The notes: generated by a model from the sequence alone, not told the origin. A stretch of 64,000 nt of DNA from Candidatus Omnitrophota bacterium (GCA_015494585.1 WGAY01000006.1:1335-65334); one strand, 5' to 3'. Counted from the first letter of the stretch, positions 20,660 through 31,050 are shown. Made by a program: numbers and translations.

Positions 20660-21731
20660 CGCTATTTCCTCCTGGTTTAACCTGATCTAGAAGCATAGGA
20701 TTCTTCATATAGGTTACTGCATCCTCATAATCTATCAATCCCCTGGCGTATAGCTGCTGGATAGATTTGTCCATTGTTTGCATACCATACTGGGCACCTG
20801 TCTGGATAAGGTTAGGTATCTGCTCTATACGCATTTCACGGATAACATTCCTAATAGCCGGGGTGCATACCAATATCTCCATTGCCAAGACCCTTCCTGT
20901 GCCATCCTTTTTCTTAAACAGCTGCTGGGACAGAACTGCCTGCAGACAGTCAGCAAGCTGGAGTCTTATCTGCTGCTGCTGGTGGGGCGGGAAGACGTCT
21001 ATAACACGCTCGACTGTCTGGGCCGCATCTACTGTATGCAATGTAGCCAGAACCAGGTGCCCTGTCTCAGCTGCGGTAATGGCAGTGGATATGGTCTCCA
21101 GATCTCGCATCTCACCAACCACAATCACATCCGGGTCTTGACGCAGGACATGCCTCAAGGCACTGGCAAATGACAGGGTATCCTGATGGACCTCTCTCTG
21201 TTTTACGATACTATTTTTATGTTTGTAGAGGTACTCTATAGGGTCCTCTACGGTTATTATCAACTTCTTAAACTCTTCATTTATCAAATTAACCATCGCC
21301 GCTAAGGTTGTGCTCTTTCCAACACCAGTAGGTCCGGTAACCAGGATCAAGCCATTCGGCTTTCGCGCTAGTTCTTTTACCACTGGCGGCAACCCTAGCG
21401 ACTCCCAATCTGGTATCTTGGAGGATACCCGCCTAAAGGCGGCCTCTACACTACCTCTCTGCATATGGACATTTATCCTAAACCTATCTGTATTTGGGAA
21501 ATGGAGTGAGAAGTCAAGTTCTAATTCCTTCTCAAACTTTTGCTTTTGACTATCCGTCAAACATCCGTAAATCATCCTCCTCAGCTCATCCCTTTTTATG
21601 GGTGGAAAATCCTCAACGACCATAAGGCTACCGTGTACACGTAACACCGGCGGCATATTGGCCGTTAGGTGCAGGTCAGAGGCCCCTTTCTCCATACATA
21701 ACAAAAGCAAATCGACAATATTAACCGACAT
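20625..21731 (-). CDS. pilT: Type IV pilus retraction ATPase PilT
   Basis: [50 protein letters not shown]. Confidence 0.93.
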   Translation of the reverse strand: MSVNIVDLLLLCMEKGASDLHLTANMPPVLRVHGSLMVVEDFPPIKRDELRRMIYGCLTDSQKQKFEKELELDFSLHFPNTDRFRINVHMQRGSVEAAFRRVSSKIPDWESLGLPPVVKELARKPNGLILVTGPTGVGKSTTLAAMVNLINEEFKKLIITVEDPIEYLYKHKNSIVKQREVHQDTLSFASALRHVLRQDPDVIVVGEMRDLETISTAITAAETGHLVLATLHTVDAAQTVERVIDVFPPHQQQQIRLQLADCLQAVLSQQLFKKKDGTGRVLAMEILVCTPAIRNVIREMRIEQIPNLIQTGAQYGMQTMDKSIQQLYARGLIDYEDAVTYMKNPMLLDQVKPGGNSDEDKRKGVRFW

Positions 21732-21767
21732 AACAACTCCTTTCCCCCATCCTACCCCAAATCTATT

Positions 21768-23024
21768 TTAAAGAATATACTTCCTGGGATCAGCGATCCT
21801 GCCTTCCAATGCAGTCGCTGCTGCCGTCAGAGGAGAGGCGAGATAAATAAACGCATTCGGATTTCCCATTCGTCCTTTAAAGTTTCTGTTAGCGGTAGAA
21901 AGTACCTTCTCGCCATCCGCAGGCACACCATTGTGTGTCCCCACACAGGGCCCACATCCTGGAGTAACCACTGCTGCACCTGCCTCTACCAATGTAGTTA
22001 TTATACCATCTTTTATAGCGCGCAATAAGACCTCTCTTGAGGCAGGGGCTACAACAAACCTCACCTTAGGAGAGACCTTACGACCCTTGAGTATCTGGGC
22101 TGCTGCCCTTAGATCAGAATATCTGCCATTGGTACAGGTCCCAATATAGACCTCATCGACGGGCATACCTTCTATCTCTCCTATATCCACTACATTATCC
22201 ACAGCATGGGGTTTTGCTATCTTGGGCACTATCGTTGAGGCATCAAACTCCAGTTCCTGGCAATAAACTGCATCTTCATCTGCGAATACCGGATCATAAT
22301 GACGCTTAGCCCGTCCTTTCAAAAATTCCCCCACGACATTATTGTAAGGCAGTATAGCCGCTTTAGCGCCCATCTCAACACCCATATTGGCTATCGTAAA
22401 CCTGCCCTCCATATCTAGGCTATCTATTACCTCTCCATAAAATTCCACTGCCTTATAAGTCGCGCCATTAACTGTAAGCTGACCTATGATATGCAAAATA
22501 ACATCTTTGGCAGTTACCCCTGGAGCAAGCTTGCCATTCACTACAATCTTTATCGTCTCAGGGACCTTAAACCAGTTCTTGCCGCTCGCCAGGGTAACCG
22601 CTAGATCCGTAGAACCAACACCTGAGGCAAATGCCCCCAGGGCACCATAAGAACAAGTATGGGAATCTGCTCCCAACACCAGGTCTCCTGGCAGGACATT
22701 GCCAGACTCCGGAACGACTGCATGGCAGACCCCTTCTCCTATGTCGAACAACTTCACCCCATATTCCTCGGCAAATTTTCGCATCTTATCGTGAATCCTG
22801 GATACTCCTTGATTGGGCGAAGGGGCGCTGTGGTCTATCACCATGGAAAAATTATCGGCCAGGGCAAGGTTCTTTATCCCCCACTGCCTTATCCTGTCTA
22901 TGATAATCATACTCGTGCCATCCTGACCAAAACAGTAGTCCACCTTACATATTGCAAAGTCACCTGCCTTCAGATCTTGCCCCGCGTGTTTAGACAATAT
23001 CTTCTCAGCTATGGTCTTTCCCAT
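21768..23024 (-). CDS. leuC: 3-isopropylmalate dehydratase large subunit (LeuC/HacA type)
   Basis: GVCH, GADSHTC, GTCTNGR, GCGPCVG, NRNFKGRMG. Confidence 0.9.
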   Translation of the reverse strand: MGKTIAEKILSKHAGQDLKAGDFAICKVDYCFGQDGTSMIIIDRIRQWGIKNLALADNFSMVIDHSAPSPNQGVSRIHDKMRKFAEEYGVKLFDIGEGVCHAVVPESGNVLPGDLVLGADSHTCSYGALGAFASGVGSTDLAVTLASGKNWFKVPETIKIVVNGKLAPGVTAKDVILHIIGQLTVNGATYKAVEFYGEVIDSLDMEGRFTIANMGVEMGAKAAILPYNNVVGEFLKGRAKRHYDPVFADEDAVYCQELEFDASTIVPKIAKPHAVDNVVDIGEIEGMPVDEVYIGTCTNGRYSDLRAAAQILKGRKVSPKVRFVVAPASREVLLRAIKDGIITTLVEAGAAVVTPGCGPCVGTHNGVPADGEKVLSTANRNFKGRMGNPNAFIYLASPLTAAATALEGRIADPRKYIL

Positions 23025-23138
23025 ATATCCTCCTTACCGTTAGCACTTGCCAGGACAGGTTTATCCCGGATTATGTATTAGAATTCTTTAGCTTCCATCG
23101 TTTGGCTAATCAAACCTCTCTTTTCTCATCCAAATATA

Positions 23139-23357
23139 ACTCAAATCTCAAATCTCAAAAGTCAAATCCACAACTTAAAACTTAAATCTTTTATTTTATC
23201 CTTTCTTCCTCTTCTCTTCATCGTCAGCTGAGCTGCCAATTCTTGCACTCCGATTTTGCCTCCATTAAGTCCGCTTTCTCTATATCCCATGTTAAAAACA
23301 ATTTTGAGCTTTGAGTTGTGGTTTTTAGTTTTTAGCTTTGAGTTTTTAGTTTTTTAT
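23139..23357. repeat. Imperfect long inverted repeat with 7-nt periodicity enclosing ~110 nt
   Basis: Left arm (ctcaaat/ctcaaaa/gtcaaat/ccacaac/ttaaaac...) is the reverse complement of the right arm (tttgagc/tttgagt/tgtggtt/tttagtt...). Confidence 0.7.
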
Positions 23358-23376
23358 TTGTCCCCCAATGGCTCCC

Positions 23377-23385
23377 ATTATATCA
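23377..23385 (-). promoter_or_regulatory. Extended -10 promoter (TGnTATAAT) upstream of the repeat element and leuC
   Basis: TGATATAAT on the minus strand. Confidence 0.4.
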
Positions 23386-23436
23386 CAAATCCCTATGCAG
23401 AATTTGCGATTATAGATTATAGATTTTATCACATCT

Positions 23437-24429
23437 TCAATCACTATCAAAAGATGAAACTAGCTCACCTGCTGTAACCACCTCTACCCTATTCAAGATC
23501 TCTGTCTCCATGTCTAGTATGGCCCTTAATGTATTTACGCGATCGTGACCAATGGCAACTGCGTATCCTTTTTTTTCCGCAACACGAAGGGCGCGCCTTA
23601 TCTGAGATTTTATATAAGATATACTTGAATCGTTATCGATAAAGACATCTCTGCTCAAACACATCATTCCGTTTTCCTTGGCAACCTTACATACCACAGA
23701 GGAAGGGGTAGATACACTGTCTATAAAAAAACCTACCCGACCCTTTAAGGTCTTTACCACGACATTCATCAGGCGCCTATCCGCTGTCGCCTTTGAACCC
23801 ATATGATTATTTACACCCTTTACATAGGGGACTGAATCCAGCAGACTTAACACAGTCTGTCCTATCTGCCCCTCATCCATATCAGTCGTTATCGTAACCT
23901 TTTCCCAGTACTTCCTATCCAGATTCAACGGTTCCATCGGCAGATGAAGCATAACCTCTTTTCCATAGCGATGCGCCGTCTCTGCAGCGGCGCGACTATA
24001 TCTATGATTAGGAAGCACAGAGACATCCAGCTTTAAGGCTATATCCCGCAGATAGGGAAAATTCTGATTAGAGTAGCCCCAATCATCCAGTATAATTACC
24101 AACCTAGGCAGAGGTTTTTCCTTCTTCGAAGCTGTTCTAACGCCGACACCAGAGGCAATCTTTAGGCTTTTTTTAGATACAACCTTCCTCTGCTTCTTCT
24201 TCGTAGCAACCTTATTTCTAACACTTTTAACCCCTTGCCGTGCAGATGTTTTTGCTCCTAATTGTAATTGGCGGACCCCCTCCAACCTTGCCTTTAACGC
24301 AAGGTTCTCCTTAAACAAGCCAGAGATAATAAGCGCCTCAAGGATTGCTAAAAGAAAGACCAGAACAAAGGCGATGTGGAGCACAGGCAGAGAAACTTTA
24401 GGTCGCCTACGCCTTCTCCCGCGTGGCAT
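23437..24429 (-). CDS. Divergent polysaccharide deacetylase family protein (YibQ-like)
   Basis: N-terminal TM; IILDDWG, LHLPMEP, GVNNHMGS, RDVFID, AIGH. Confidence 0.92.
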   Translation of the reverse strand: MPRGRRRRRPKVSLPVLHIAFVLVFLLAILEALIISGLFKENLALKARLEGVRQLQLGAKTSARQGVKSVRNKVATKKKQRKVVSKKSLKIASGVGVRTASKKEKPLPRLVIILDDWGYSNQNFPYLRDIALKLDVSVLPNHRYSRAAAETAHRYGKEVMLHLPMEPLNLDRKYWEKVTITTDMDEGQIGQTVLSLLDSVPYVKGVNNHMGSKATADRRLMNVVVKTLKGRVGFFIDSVSTPSSVVCKVAKENGMMCLSRDVFIDNDSSISYIKSQIRRALRVAEKKGYAVAIGHDRVNTLRAILDMETEILNRVEVVTAGELVSSFDSD

Positions 24430-25445
24430 TACATCTCCCTGCCAACCGCCCCTGCGACCCTGGCGGCCTCTACCATAAGATCATGGAAGAGATCAGGCGT
24501 CAAGGACTGTGCACCATCTGAAAGTGCCTCTTCGGGATTGGTATGGACCTCTACCATAAGACCATCCGCACCAGCGGCAATCGCTGCCATTGACACAGCC
24601 TTTATTAGTGAACGTTTACCCGTACCATGACTGGGATCGACAATTATCGGAAGATGAGATAATTGCTTGACAGCTGGTATAGCGTTTATGTCTAGTGTAT
24701 TGCGTGTGTATTCTTCAAAGGTCCTTATCCCCCTCTCACACAATATAACCTCAAAGTTGCCCTCTTTCAATATATACTCCGCTGACATCAACCATTCCTT
24801 GATAGTAGCACAAAGCCCACGCTTTAGCATAACAGGCTTTCTTATACGCCCAACCTCTTTAAGTAGATTAAAGTTCTGCATATTCCTGGCACCTATCTGG
24901 AGTATATCCGCATAGCTAGCGACGAGTTCTACTTGCCTAGGTTCCATTACCTCAGTTACAGTCAGAAGGCCAAGCTCATCTGCTACCTGCCTCATATACT
25001 TAAGGCCCTCCTCGCCTAAGCCCTGAAAGGCATAGGGAGAAGTACGAGGTTTAAAGGCACCACCTCTTAATATCAAGGCCCCATCCTTTTTTACTGCCTT
25101 TGCAATATCCCTGAGAAGGTCTATATTCTCTATAGAACAAGGGCCTGCCATAACCACAACCCTGTTGCCACCTATCTCAACACCATTAGGGAAACGAATA
25201 ACTGTCGATTCCGGCTTGAACTCCCTAGATACCAGTTTATATGGTGCCATAACAGGCATTACCTTCTCCACCCCAGGGAAGGCCTCAATAGGCTGACCTA
25301 GGAGCAGGGACTCATCACCTATCACACCTATTATCGTCCTCTCTATCCCTCTGGAGAGCATTGTCTTTAGGCCAAGTTTCTCAACCCTCTCAATCACATG
25401 GTCTATATCCTGCTGTGTTGCGGATGACTTCATCACTATAATCAT
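24429..25445 (-). CDS. aroF: DAHP synthase, type I-beta with N-terminal regulatory domain
   Basis: [45 protein letters not shown]. Confidence 0.93.
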   Translation of the reverse strand: MIIVMKSSATQQDIDHVIERVEKLGLKTMLSRGIERTIIGVIGDESLLLGQPIEAFPGVEKVMPVMAPYKLVSREFKPESTVIRFPNGVEIGGNRVVVMAGPCSIENIDLLRDIAKAVKKDGALILRGGAFKPRTSPYAFQGLGEEGLKYMRQVADELGLLTVTEVMEPRQVELVASYADILQIGARNMQNFNLLKEVGRIRKPVMLKRGLCATIKEWLMSAEYILKEGNFEVILCERGIRTFEEYTRNTLDINAIPAVKQLSHLPIIVDPSHGTGKRSLIKAVSMAAIAAGADGLMVEVHTNPEEALSDGAQSLTPDLFHDLMVEAARVAGAVGREM

Positions 25446-25458
25446 AATAGCACCTCCA

Positions 25459-26538
25459 CTATTTCAACAATCTCTTAAGTTCCTTAATAAACCTACGATT
25501 TTCTCCTGGCTGGCCTACAGTAACGCGAATAAACTCTGGCATTCCCCAGGCCTTCATATGACGCACGATTATGCCCCGTTTAAGTAAGGCCTCAACCAGA
25601 TCAGATGCATTATTGCCAATCTTTACCAACAAAAAATTAGTTACAGACGGCAAAAACTCTACCCTCAATTTTCTAAAGGTATTCTCCAGAAACCTCTTCT
25701 CTTTTTTGAAAACCCTATATAGCTTTTCGTAATATTGTTTACTATCCAGTGCTGCCAAGGCAGCGGTCTGTGCAATAGAATTCACATTAAACGGCTCCCT
25801 CACCTTATTCATTATATCTATGATATCCCGCCTAGCAAACCCATAGCCTATCCTGAGGCCCGCCAAACCATAGTATTTTGAGAAAGTCCTGCTCACAATA
25901 ACATTCCTTTTCTCCTTGACATAGGAAAGGGTATCAGGCCAATCGTCCATCTCACGTGCAAACTCAAAATAGGCCTCATCGAAAAACACAAAGACATCTG
26001 ACGGAAGGGACGCCAGAAAAGATTCCACCTCACTTTTGTTTACATAACTGCCTGTAGGATTATCTGGATTAGCAATAAATATCAGCTTCGTATTACTACT
26101 CACTGCTGAGGCAATCGCCTTTAAATCGTATTTAAAATCCTTCATAGGGATCTCCCTGATAGAAATCCCCTCAACCATAGAGGCTATTTTGTAAATCAAG
26201 AAGGTGGGGATCGCAGTCAATATCTCATCACCAGGAGAGACCAGAGAGCGCACAGCAAAGACGATCAACTCATCACTGCCATTACCAAAAATAATCTCAT
26301 TCTCATCCACAGAAAACTCCGCTGCCAACCTCTTACGCAGATAAAACACACTCGATTCTGGGTAACGGTTGATACGGTTGGCTGCCTCACATATACGCCG
26401 TCTAACCAGAGGAGATGGTGGAAATGGATTCTCATTAGAGGCAAGCTTTACTATCCGACTTATCCCCAGTTCTCGCTGAAGCTCCTCAACGGGTTTGCCC
26501 GGTTTATAACTGGCTATAGAATATAGATATTTCCGCAT
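25459..26538 (-). CDS. hisC: Histidinol-phosphate aminotransferase
   Basis: [43 protein letters not shown]. Confidence 0.93.
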   Translation of the reverse strand: MRKYLYSIASYKPGKPVEELQRELGISRIVKLASNENPFPPSPLVRRRICEAANRINRYPESSVFYLRKRLAAEFSVDENEIIFGNGSDELIVFAVRSLVSPGDEILTAIPTFLIYKIASMVEGISIREIPMKDFKYDLKAIASAVSSNTKLIFIANPDNPTGSYVNKSEVESFLASLPSDVFVFFDEAYFEFAREMDDWPDTLSYVKEKRNVIVSRTFSKYYGLAGLRIGYGFARRDIIDIMNKVREPFNVNSIAQTAALAALDSKQYYEKLYRVFKKEKRFLENTFRKLRVEFLPSVTNFLLVKIGNNASDLVEALLKRGIIVRHMKAWGMPEFIRVTVGQPGENRRFIKELKRLLK

Positions 26539-26567
26539 TAGTCCCTCACAGTACCAAATAAAAAAAC

Positions 26568-26641
26568 CACGCCCAGAGGGATTCGAACCCCCAACACCCA
26601 GCTCCGTAGGCTGGTGCTCTATCCAATTGAGCTATGGGCGC
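26568..26641 (-). tRNA. tRNA-Arg(ACG), no encoded CCA
   Basis: GCGCCCA/TGGGCGT acceptor stem; D arm GCTCAATTGGATAGAGC; anticodon arm CCAGC-CTACGGA-GCTGG; GTTCGAATC T loop. Confidence 0.96.
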
Positions 26642-26721
26642 AGAATTATCTATTTTATCCGTAGATTATATCATTTCAGTGCCAATCCTGCACTAAAAAA
26701 CAGAAATTCAATTGTCAATTC

Positions 26722-26795
26722 CTCCCCGGGGGAGACTCGAACTCCCAACACTCGGATCCGAAGTCCGATGCTCTATCCAATTGAGCTACCGGGGA
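26722..26795 (-). tRNA. tRNA-Arg(TCG), no encoded CCA
   Basis: TCCCCGG/CCGGGGA acceptor stem; anticodon arm TCGGA-CTTCGGA-TCCGA; GTTCGAGTC T loop. Confidence 0.95.
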
Positions 26796-27234
26796 TTGAG
26801 ATCGTTATGCCTCTCCTGGTCTCATCTATGTGTTCTATATTAACCCAAATCGTATCTTCAGGCAAATACTCCATAAATCTATCGGCCCACTCCACTATAC
26901 TAATATCGCCTGTCCTTATAATCTCCTCCCAGCCAAAGCTATAGAGGTCATAACTGGAATTTAATCTGTAAAGATCAAGGTGTTGGAGAACAACAGGAGC
27001 TGATTTATATTCTCCCCTATAGACGTTCATTATCACAAACGTGGGGCTGGAAACCCGACTTTCAGGTATCCCCAGGAAGGAAGCGGCCCCTTTTACAAAA
27101 ACGGTCTTGCCAGCACCTAAATTCCCTTTGAGACCTATCACTAGTGGCCTATATCTGCCAATGTTGTCCTCTATAACCGAACGGGCAATGGTCTTTGTCT
27201 CTGCTTCTGAATGGGATATCAATCTTTCTTCCAC
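26773..27234 (-). CDS. tsaE: tRNA t6A biosynthesis ATPase TsaE
   Basis: GNLGAGKT, VSSPTF, HLDLYRL, IVEWA. Confidence 0.95.
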   Translation of the reverse strand: MEERLISHSEAETKTIARSVIEDNIGRYRPLVIGLKGNLGAGKTVFVKGAASFLGIPESRVSSPTFVIMNVYRGEYKSAPVVLQHLDLYRLNSSYDLYSFGWEEIIRTGDISIVEWADRFMEYLPEDTIWVNIEHIDETRRGITISIPGSSIG

Positions 27235-28352
27235 TTTACTGTATACCTCCCGGACAGGAATCTTATCAAGGCCTCCACGGCCGCCAGGTTAAGGACAGAA
27301 AAGGTATATATAAACGAGGCAAATCTATTATTCACCCGCCTATTCCACAACAACAGACCAGAAGCATAGGAATAAACCAATACCTGCAATAGAAAGACGA
27401 CAAGCCAGGCCCAGGAATTAACAGCAAGGATTGCGCTAGAGACAAGCATCAGTAAAAAGGCATAGGGAACAAACAACCTGAACATCTTATGAGAGAGAAA
27501 TTGAAATACTATCGGGCTTTCCAAAGACAATATCCATCTATTCATAGCCACTAATTGAAAGTTTCCAATAAGGGTGCGCACTTTTCTGTCATACTCTCGT
27601 CTATCTTCTACCCTATCGTATATAAAGGCATTTTGACAGAAGACAGCACGCTTACCACGTCTTACGGCATTCAGTGGTTGATATATATCATCTAGTATTA
27701 TATCCGACGGAAGTTCCCTGATATAGGACCTCTTCATAGCATACAACGCACCTGTCGCCCCTATCATCGAGTGAAGCCTTGACTCGCACCTACGAATGAA
27801 TTTCTCATATCTCCAGTAGAGGCCTATATGTCGCCGTATCTCTCCATCATCATTTGTAAAGACAAGTTCACCACTAGCTGAACCAACAGATTCGTCACCC
27901 AATGCCGAGACCAGTATAGAAATGGCATTTTTATCGATTACCTGACGAGCATCGGTAAAGACTATTATTCCCCTATTGGTCCGCGCCAACAGATCGTTTA
28001 ATACGGCAGGTTTACCCCTCCTCTCAGGAAAGCTATATACATAGAGATTCTCACCAACACCTTTCCCCTTCAGATTGTTTAATATATCCTCACTATTATC
28101 TGTGCAGCCATCTAGTCCTATGAGTATTTCTATCTTATCTTTCGGATAGTCTCCATTAAAGATAGAATTAACCTTCTCTTCCAGATACTGGCCTTCATTA
28201 TAAGCAGAAATAATGACACTTATCAAGGGCTGGTAATCATAATTATGCCTAATGCCTCTCCCCAATAGACGCGACAGGATACAAATAATAATGGGATAAA
28301 TCAGATAGGTATATAGGACAAATCCCAACCCAAGAAAAAAGAGTTGTTTCAT
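27219..28352 (-). CDS. Glycosyltransferase family 2
   Basis: ISAYNE, DGCTD, FTDA, YWRYE, GATGALYA, LDD; TM segments at both ends. Confidence 0.9.
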   Translation of the reverse strand: MKQLFFLGLGFVLYTYLIYPIIICILSRLLGRGIRHNYDYQPLISVIISAYNEGQYLEEKVNSIFNGDYPKDKIEILIGLDGCTDNSEDILNNLKGKGVGENLYVYSFPERRGKPAVLNDLLARTNRGIIVFTDARQVIDKNAISILVSALGDESVGSASGELVFTNDDGEIRRHIGLYWRYEKFIRRCESRLHSMIGATGALYAMKRSYIRELPSDIILDDIYQPLNAVRRGKRAVFCQNAFIYDRVEDRREYDRKVRTLIGNFQLVAMNRWILSLESPIVFQFLSHKMFRLFVPYAFLLMLVSSAILAVNSWAWLVVFLLQVLVYSYASGLLLWNRRVNNRFASFIYTFSVLNLAAVEALIRFLSGRYTVKWKKD

Positions 28353-29044
28353 TTTCTACTAAAGAGCCCCCGTTTTATGGATTCATATCTTTCAAGGCCA
28401 ATAATACCCTTTAGTCCTAGTATTATATGCCTCTGTATCCTTCTCTTGAATATCTCTAGAGGGTCTTCAATCAACAATCGCCTTAAAGAAGACAGGCTGT
28501 CTGTTTTTCTGATAACAAATCTAGGCACCATGAAATCACTGCCGTACCATTTGCCGGGTTCAGAGACAAACACAGCCTTATATCCCATATCTTTTAACAG
28601 GTCCAATCCACCCTTTGGCATAACCCCCTTGGGCATAGAAAAGTATTTTATAGTACAATCCAACAAGTCCTCCAAGAGTTCCTTTGAACGAGCCGCTTCG
28701 TATTCGAGTACCTCCTGAGAGGTAATCTCTTTATGATTCAGGCCATGCGATCCAATCTCAACCCCCATTTGTAATAAATGCCTTAGATCAACTGCACTTA
28801 ATACATCCCTGCCTTCTAGTTTTTTGCCAAGCATTTCCACCACTGGGAAAACAATTGTCCTCAATCTCGCCTCAAGAACGATAGGGATAGCCAAGTCTTT
28901 TATGGATCTATATCCATCGTCGAATGTGATGATAAGTTTATCTCTGTGACAGGAAAATAATTCTATATGTGCAGCAAAGGCCTCAGGGCTTATTGTATAG
29001 ATATCCTCATCGTAGCCTATATTGTGATACATCAAGACAATCAT
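28349..29044 (-). CDS. Polysaccharide deacetylase (CE4/NodB)
   Basis: LMYH, ITFDDG, IGSHGLNH. Confidence 0.88.
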   Translation of the reverse strand: MIVLMYHNIGYDEDIYTISPEAFAAHIELFSCHRDKLIITFDDGYRSIKDLAIPIVLEARLRTIVFPVVEMLGKKLEGRDVLSAVDLRHLLQMGVEIGSHGLNHKEITSQEVLEYEAARSKELLEDLLDCTIKYFSMPKGVMPKGGLDLLKDMGYKAVFVSEPGKWYGSDFMVPRFVIRKTDSLSSLRRLLIEDPLEIFKRRIQRHIILGLKGIIGLERYESIKRGLFSRK

Positions 29045-29052
29045 GCTGCATA

Positions 29053-31035
29053 CTAAACGGCCCTGACATCTATAGAAGCATCCTTTAAGGCCTCTATTAT
29101 CCTTTCAAAATCAGGGTCTATCTCTTCCTCTTTTAGGGTGCGATCCGGATGGTAGAATCTCAACCTATAGGCATAACTCAATCTGCCGTCAGGAGAATGG
29201 AAGACATCTATCAATTCTATTGTCCTTAGATAGTCTCCACCTGCCTTCTTTATAATATCAACTATTTCCTGATAATTCGTACGGCCTCCCAGCCACATGC
29301 TTATGTCTCTCTCCACAGGAGGGTAAAGCGGGATAGATTCATAGACCAGTTTCCTATCCTCCCAAAGCCCCAATAATTCAGATAGGTCCACTTCCAGATA
29401 AAAGACAACATCTCTTGTCTTTATCCCCAACTGTTTCAGGACCACGTTTCTGACCTTTCCAAAGAATCCCAACCTCTTATTATTCGAATAGATCTCAGCA
29501 AAGGAACTCAATATCTTATTCTTTGCCTTCTTTATCTCAATATCTGTAAAGCCTAATATATCCTCGATTATTTGTTTTATAGCCCTGAAGGCCGCATTTA
29601 GCTCCTCTTCCACCACTAAAATAGAAAGGACATCCCTCTCAACACAAAGGTCCTCTCGTGTCAAAGCCTGGGATATCTCGTAAATCCTTATATATTTGTT
29701 TCCATAGGAAAGGTTGGTCTTGAGTGCAGAAAGAAGTCCAGATATAGCAGACGGCCTCAAAAACAGATAATCCTGGCTTATTGTATTTTCAACGGACAAA
29801 AGGCCTTTCAGGGATAGGGCCTCTTTCTCTTTCTCAGAGATAAGCGAAAAACTGATTGCCTCGGACAGTCCCCTTGCCTCGAGTTTGCAACGAATCTCAG
29901 AGAGCAACCTTTCCTTTAAGGAATATCGTCCCCTAAGATTATTCAGACCTATACCAGGCATGACCATAGGGATCTTATCGTATCCGTATATCCTCAACAC
30001 CTCTTCTAGGACATCCTCTTTTAACGAGACATCCTGTCGAAAGCTCGGCACCTTAACATCTATAATCCCCTCTTTCACATCGCATTCAAATCCCAGCCCT
30101 GTCAATATCCTAACTTGCTCTTCTAATGGTATATTTACATCGGCATATTCCAAAGGAAACTCCATTGGGAAAGAAATAATACGCTCGAATGGGGCATATT
30201 TATCATAGACATCATAACCCAATATACTTCCGCCGCTAAGCTCAGAGATAAGTTTGGCCGCATAGAAACATGCCCTTTCCACGGCCTCGGGATCTATCTC
30301 TCTTTCAAACCTATAAGAGGCCTCAGTATTAATACCCAATCTCTGACGCGTCTTTCTAATATCTACACGAGGGAACATCGCTGACTCTAAGAGAATGAAA
30401 CGGGTATCCTGACCTACTTCACTGTTCTCCCCGCCCATTATCCCCGCCAGTGCTACTGGCCTATTAGAATCTGCAATAACAATATCCGAAGGGGTAAGAA
30501 GCCTCTCTTCACCATCCAGGGTAACTATTCTCTCGCCTTTTTTCGCCCTCCTTACCAGCAATTCTCTGCCCTCTATACGGGCAAAGTCAAATGCATGCAA
30601 TGGCTGTCCAAATAAAAGCATCGTATAGTTGGTAACATCGACTACATTATTTATAGGCCTTATACCAGCAGCTCGCAGTCTTCTGCTCAACCACTCTGGC
30701 GAAGGCCCTACCTTTACTCCATCGATGCGCAGGCCAAAGTAACGCACTGCGCAATCCTCTTGAACAGAGAGTCTATAATCGACCTGCCCCTTTGCAATCT
30801 GCTCTATCTCAGGTTGAGATATCTGCGTCCTCTTAAGGGCTGCTATCTCCCTGGCTATCCCAAGGACAGAAAGCCAATCGCTCCTATTGCTGGTTATCTC
30901 AACTTCAATAAAGCCTATCCCATCTTCCTGTCCGTAATAGGCCTCAAGGCCTGCCATAGTCAATCTATCTGCCAGTTGTACCAAGTCCCAGTCAAAATCT
31001 ACAAATTCTTTAAGCCAGTCAATATCTACCCTCAT
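29053..31035 (-). CDS. pheT: Phenylalanine--tRNA ligase beta subunit (short form without the B2 domain)
   Basis: ITSNRSDWLS..GIAREI, INNVVDVTNY, GQPLHAFD, RIYGYD, C-terminal anticodon-binding domain; 660 aa. Confidence 0.93.
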   Translation of the reverse strand: MRVDIDWLKEFVDFDWDLVQLADRLTMAGLEAYYGQEDGIGFIEVEITSNRSDWLSVLGIAREIAALKRTQISQPEIEQIAKGQVDYRLSVQEDCAVRYFGLRIDGVKVGPSPEWLSRRLRAAGIRPINNVVDVTNYTMLLFGQPLHAFDFARIEGRELLVRRAKKGERIVTLDGEERLLTPSDIVIADSNRPVALAGIMGGENSEVGQDTRFILLESAMFPRVDIRKTRQRLGINTEASYRFEREIDPEAVERACFYAAKLISELSGGSILGYDVYDKYAPFERIISFPMEFPLEYADVNIPLEEQVRILTGLGFECDVKEGIIDVKVPSFRQDVSLKEDVLEEVLRIYGYDKIPMVMPGIGLNNLRGRYSLKERLLSEIRCKLEARGLSEAISFSLISEKEKEALSLKGLLSVENTISQDYLFLRPSAISGLLSALKTNLSYGNKYIRIYEISQALTREDLCVERDVLSILVVEEELNAAFRAIKQIIEDILGFTDIEIKKAKNKILSSFAEIYSNNKRLGFFGKVRNVVLKQLGIKTRDVVFYLEVDLSELLGLWEDRKLVYESIPLYPPVERDISMWLGGRTNYQEIVDIIKKAGGDYLRTIELIDVFHSPDGRLSYAYRLRFYHPDRTLKEEEIDPDFERIIEALKDASIDVRAV

Positions 31036-31050
31036 ATCTCATCCATTCCT

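Noticed and set aside
23040-23066. CIRCE-like TTAGCACT half-site
   Set aside because: The second half GAGTGCTAA is absent at the 9-nt spacing, and the site is not upstream of chaperone genes.
23025-23140. Leucine attenuator or T-box upstream of leuC
   Set aside because: The mini-ORFs (MRKERFD, MEAKEF) contain no Leu run, and no terminator/antiterminator or T-box motif was seen.
23139-23357. Possible CRISPR array
   Set aside because: The units are 7-nt degenerate tandem repeats without unique spacers, and no cas genes are present.
26540-26800. tRNA-anchored genomic island or att site
   Set aside because: No integrase and no duplicated tRNA 3' end was noticed in the window, and the flanks are housekeeping genes.
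26627-26944. 105-aa + strand ORF across the tRNAs
   Set aside because: Antisense to tRNA-Arg and tsaE, so it is treated as spurious.
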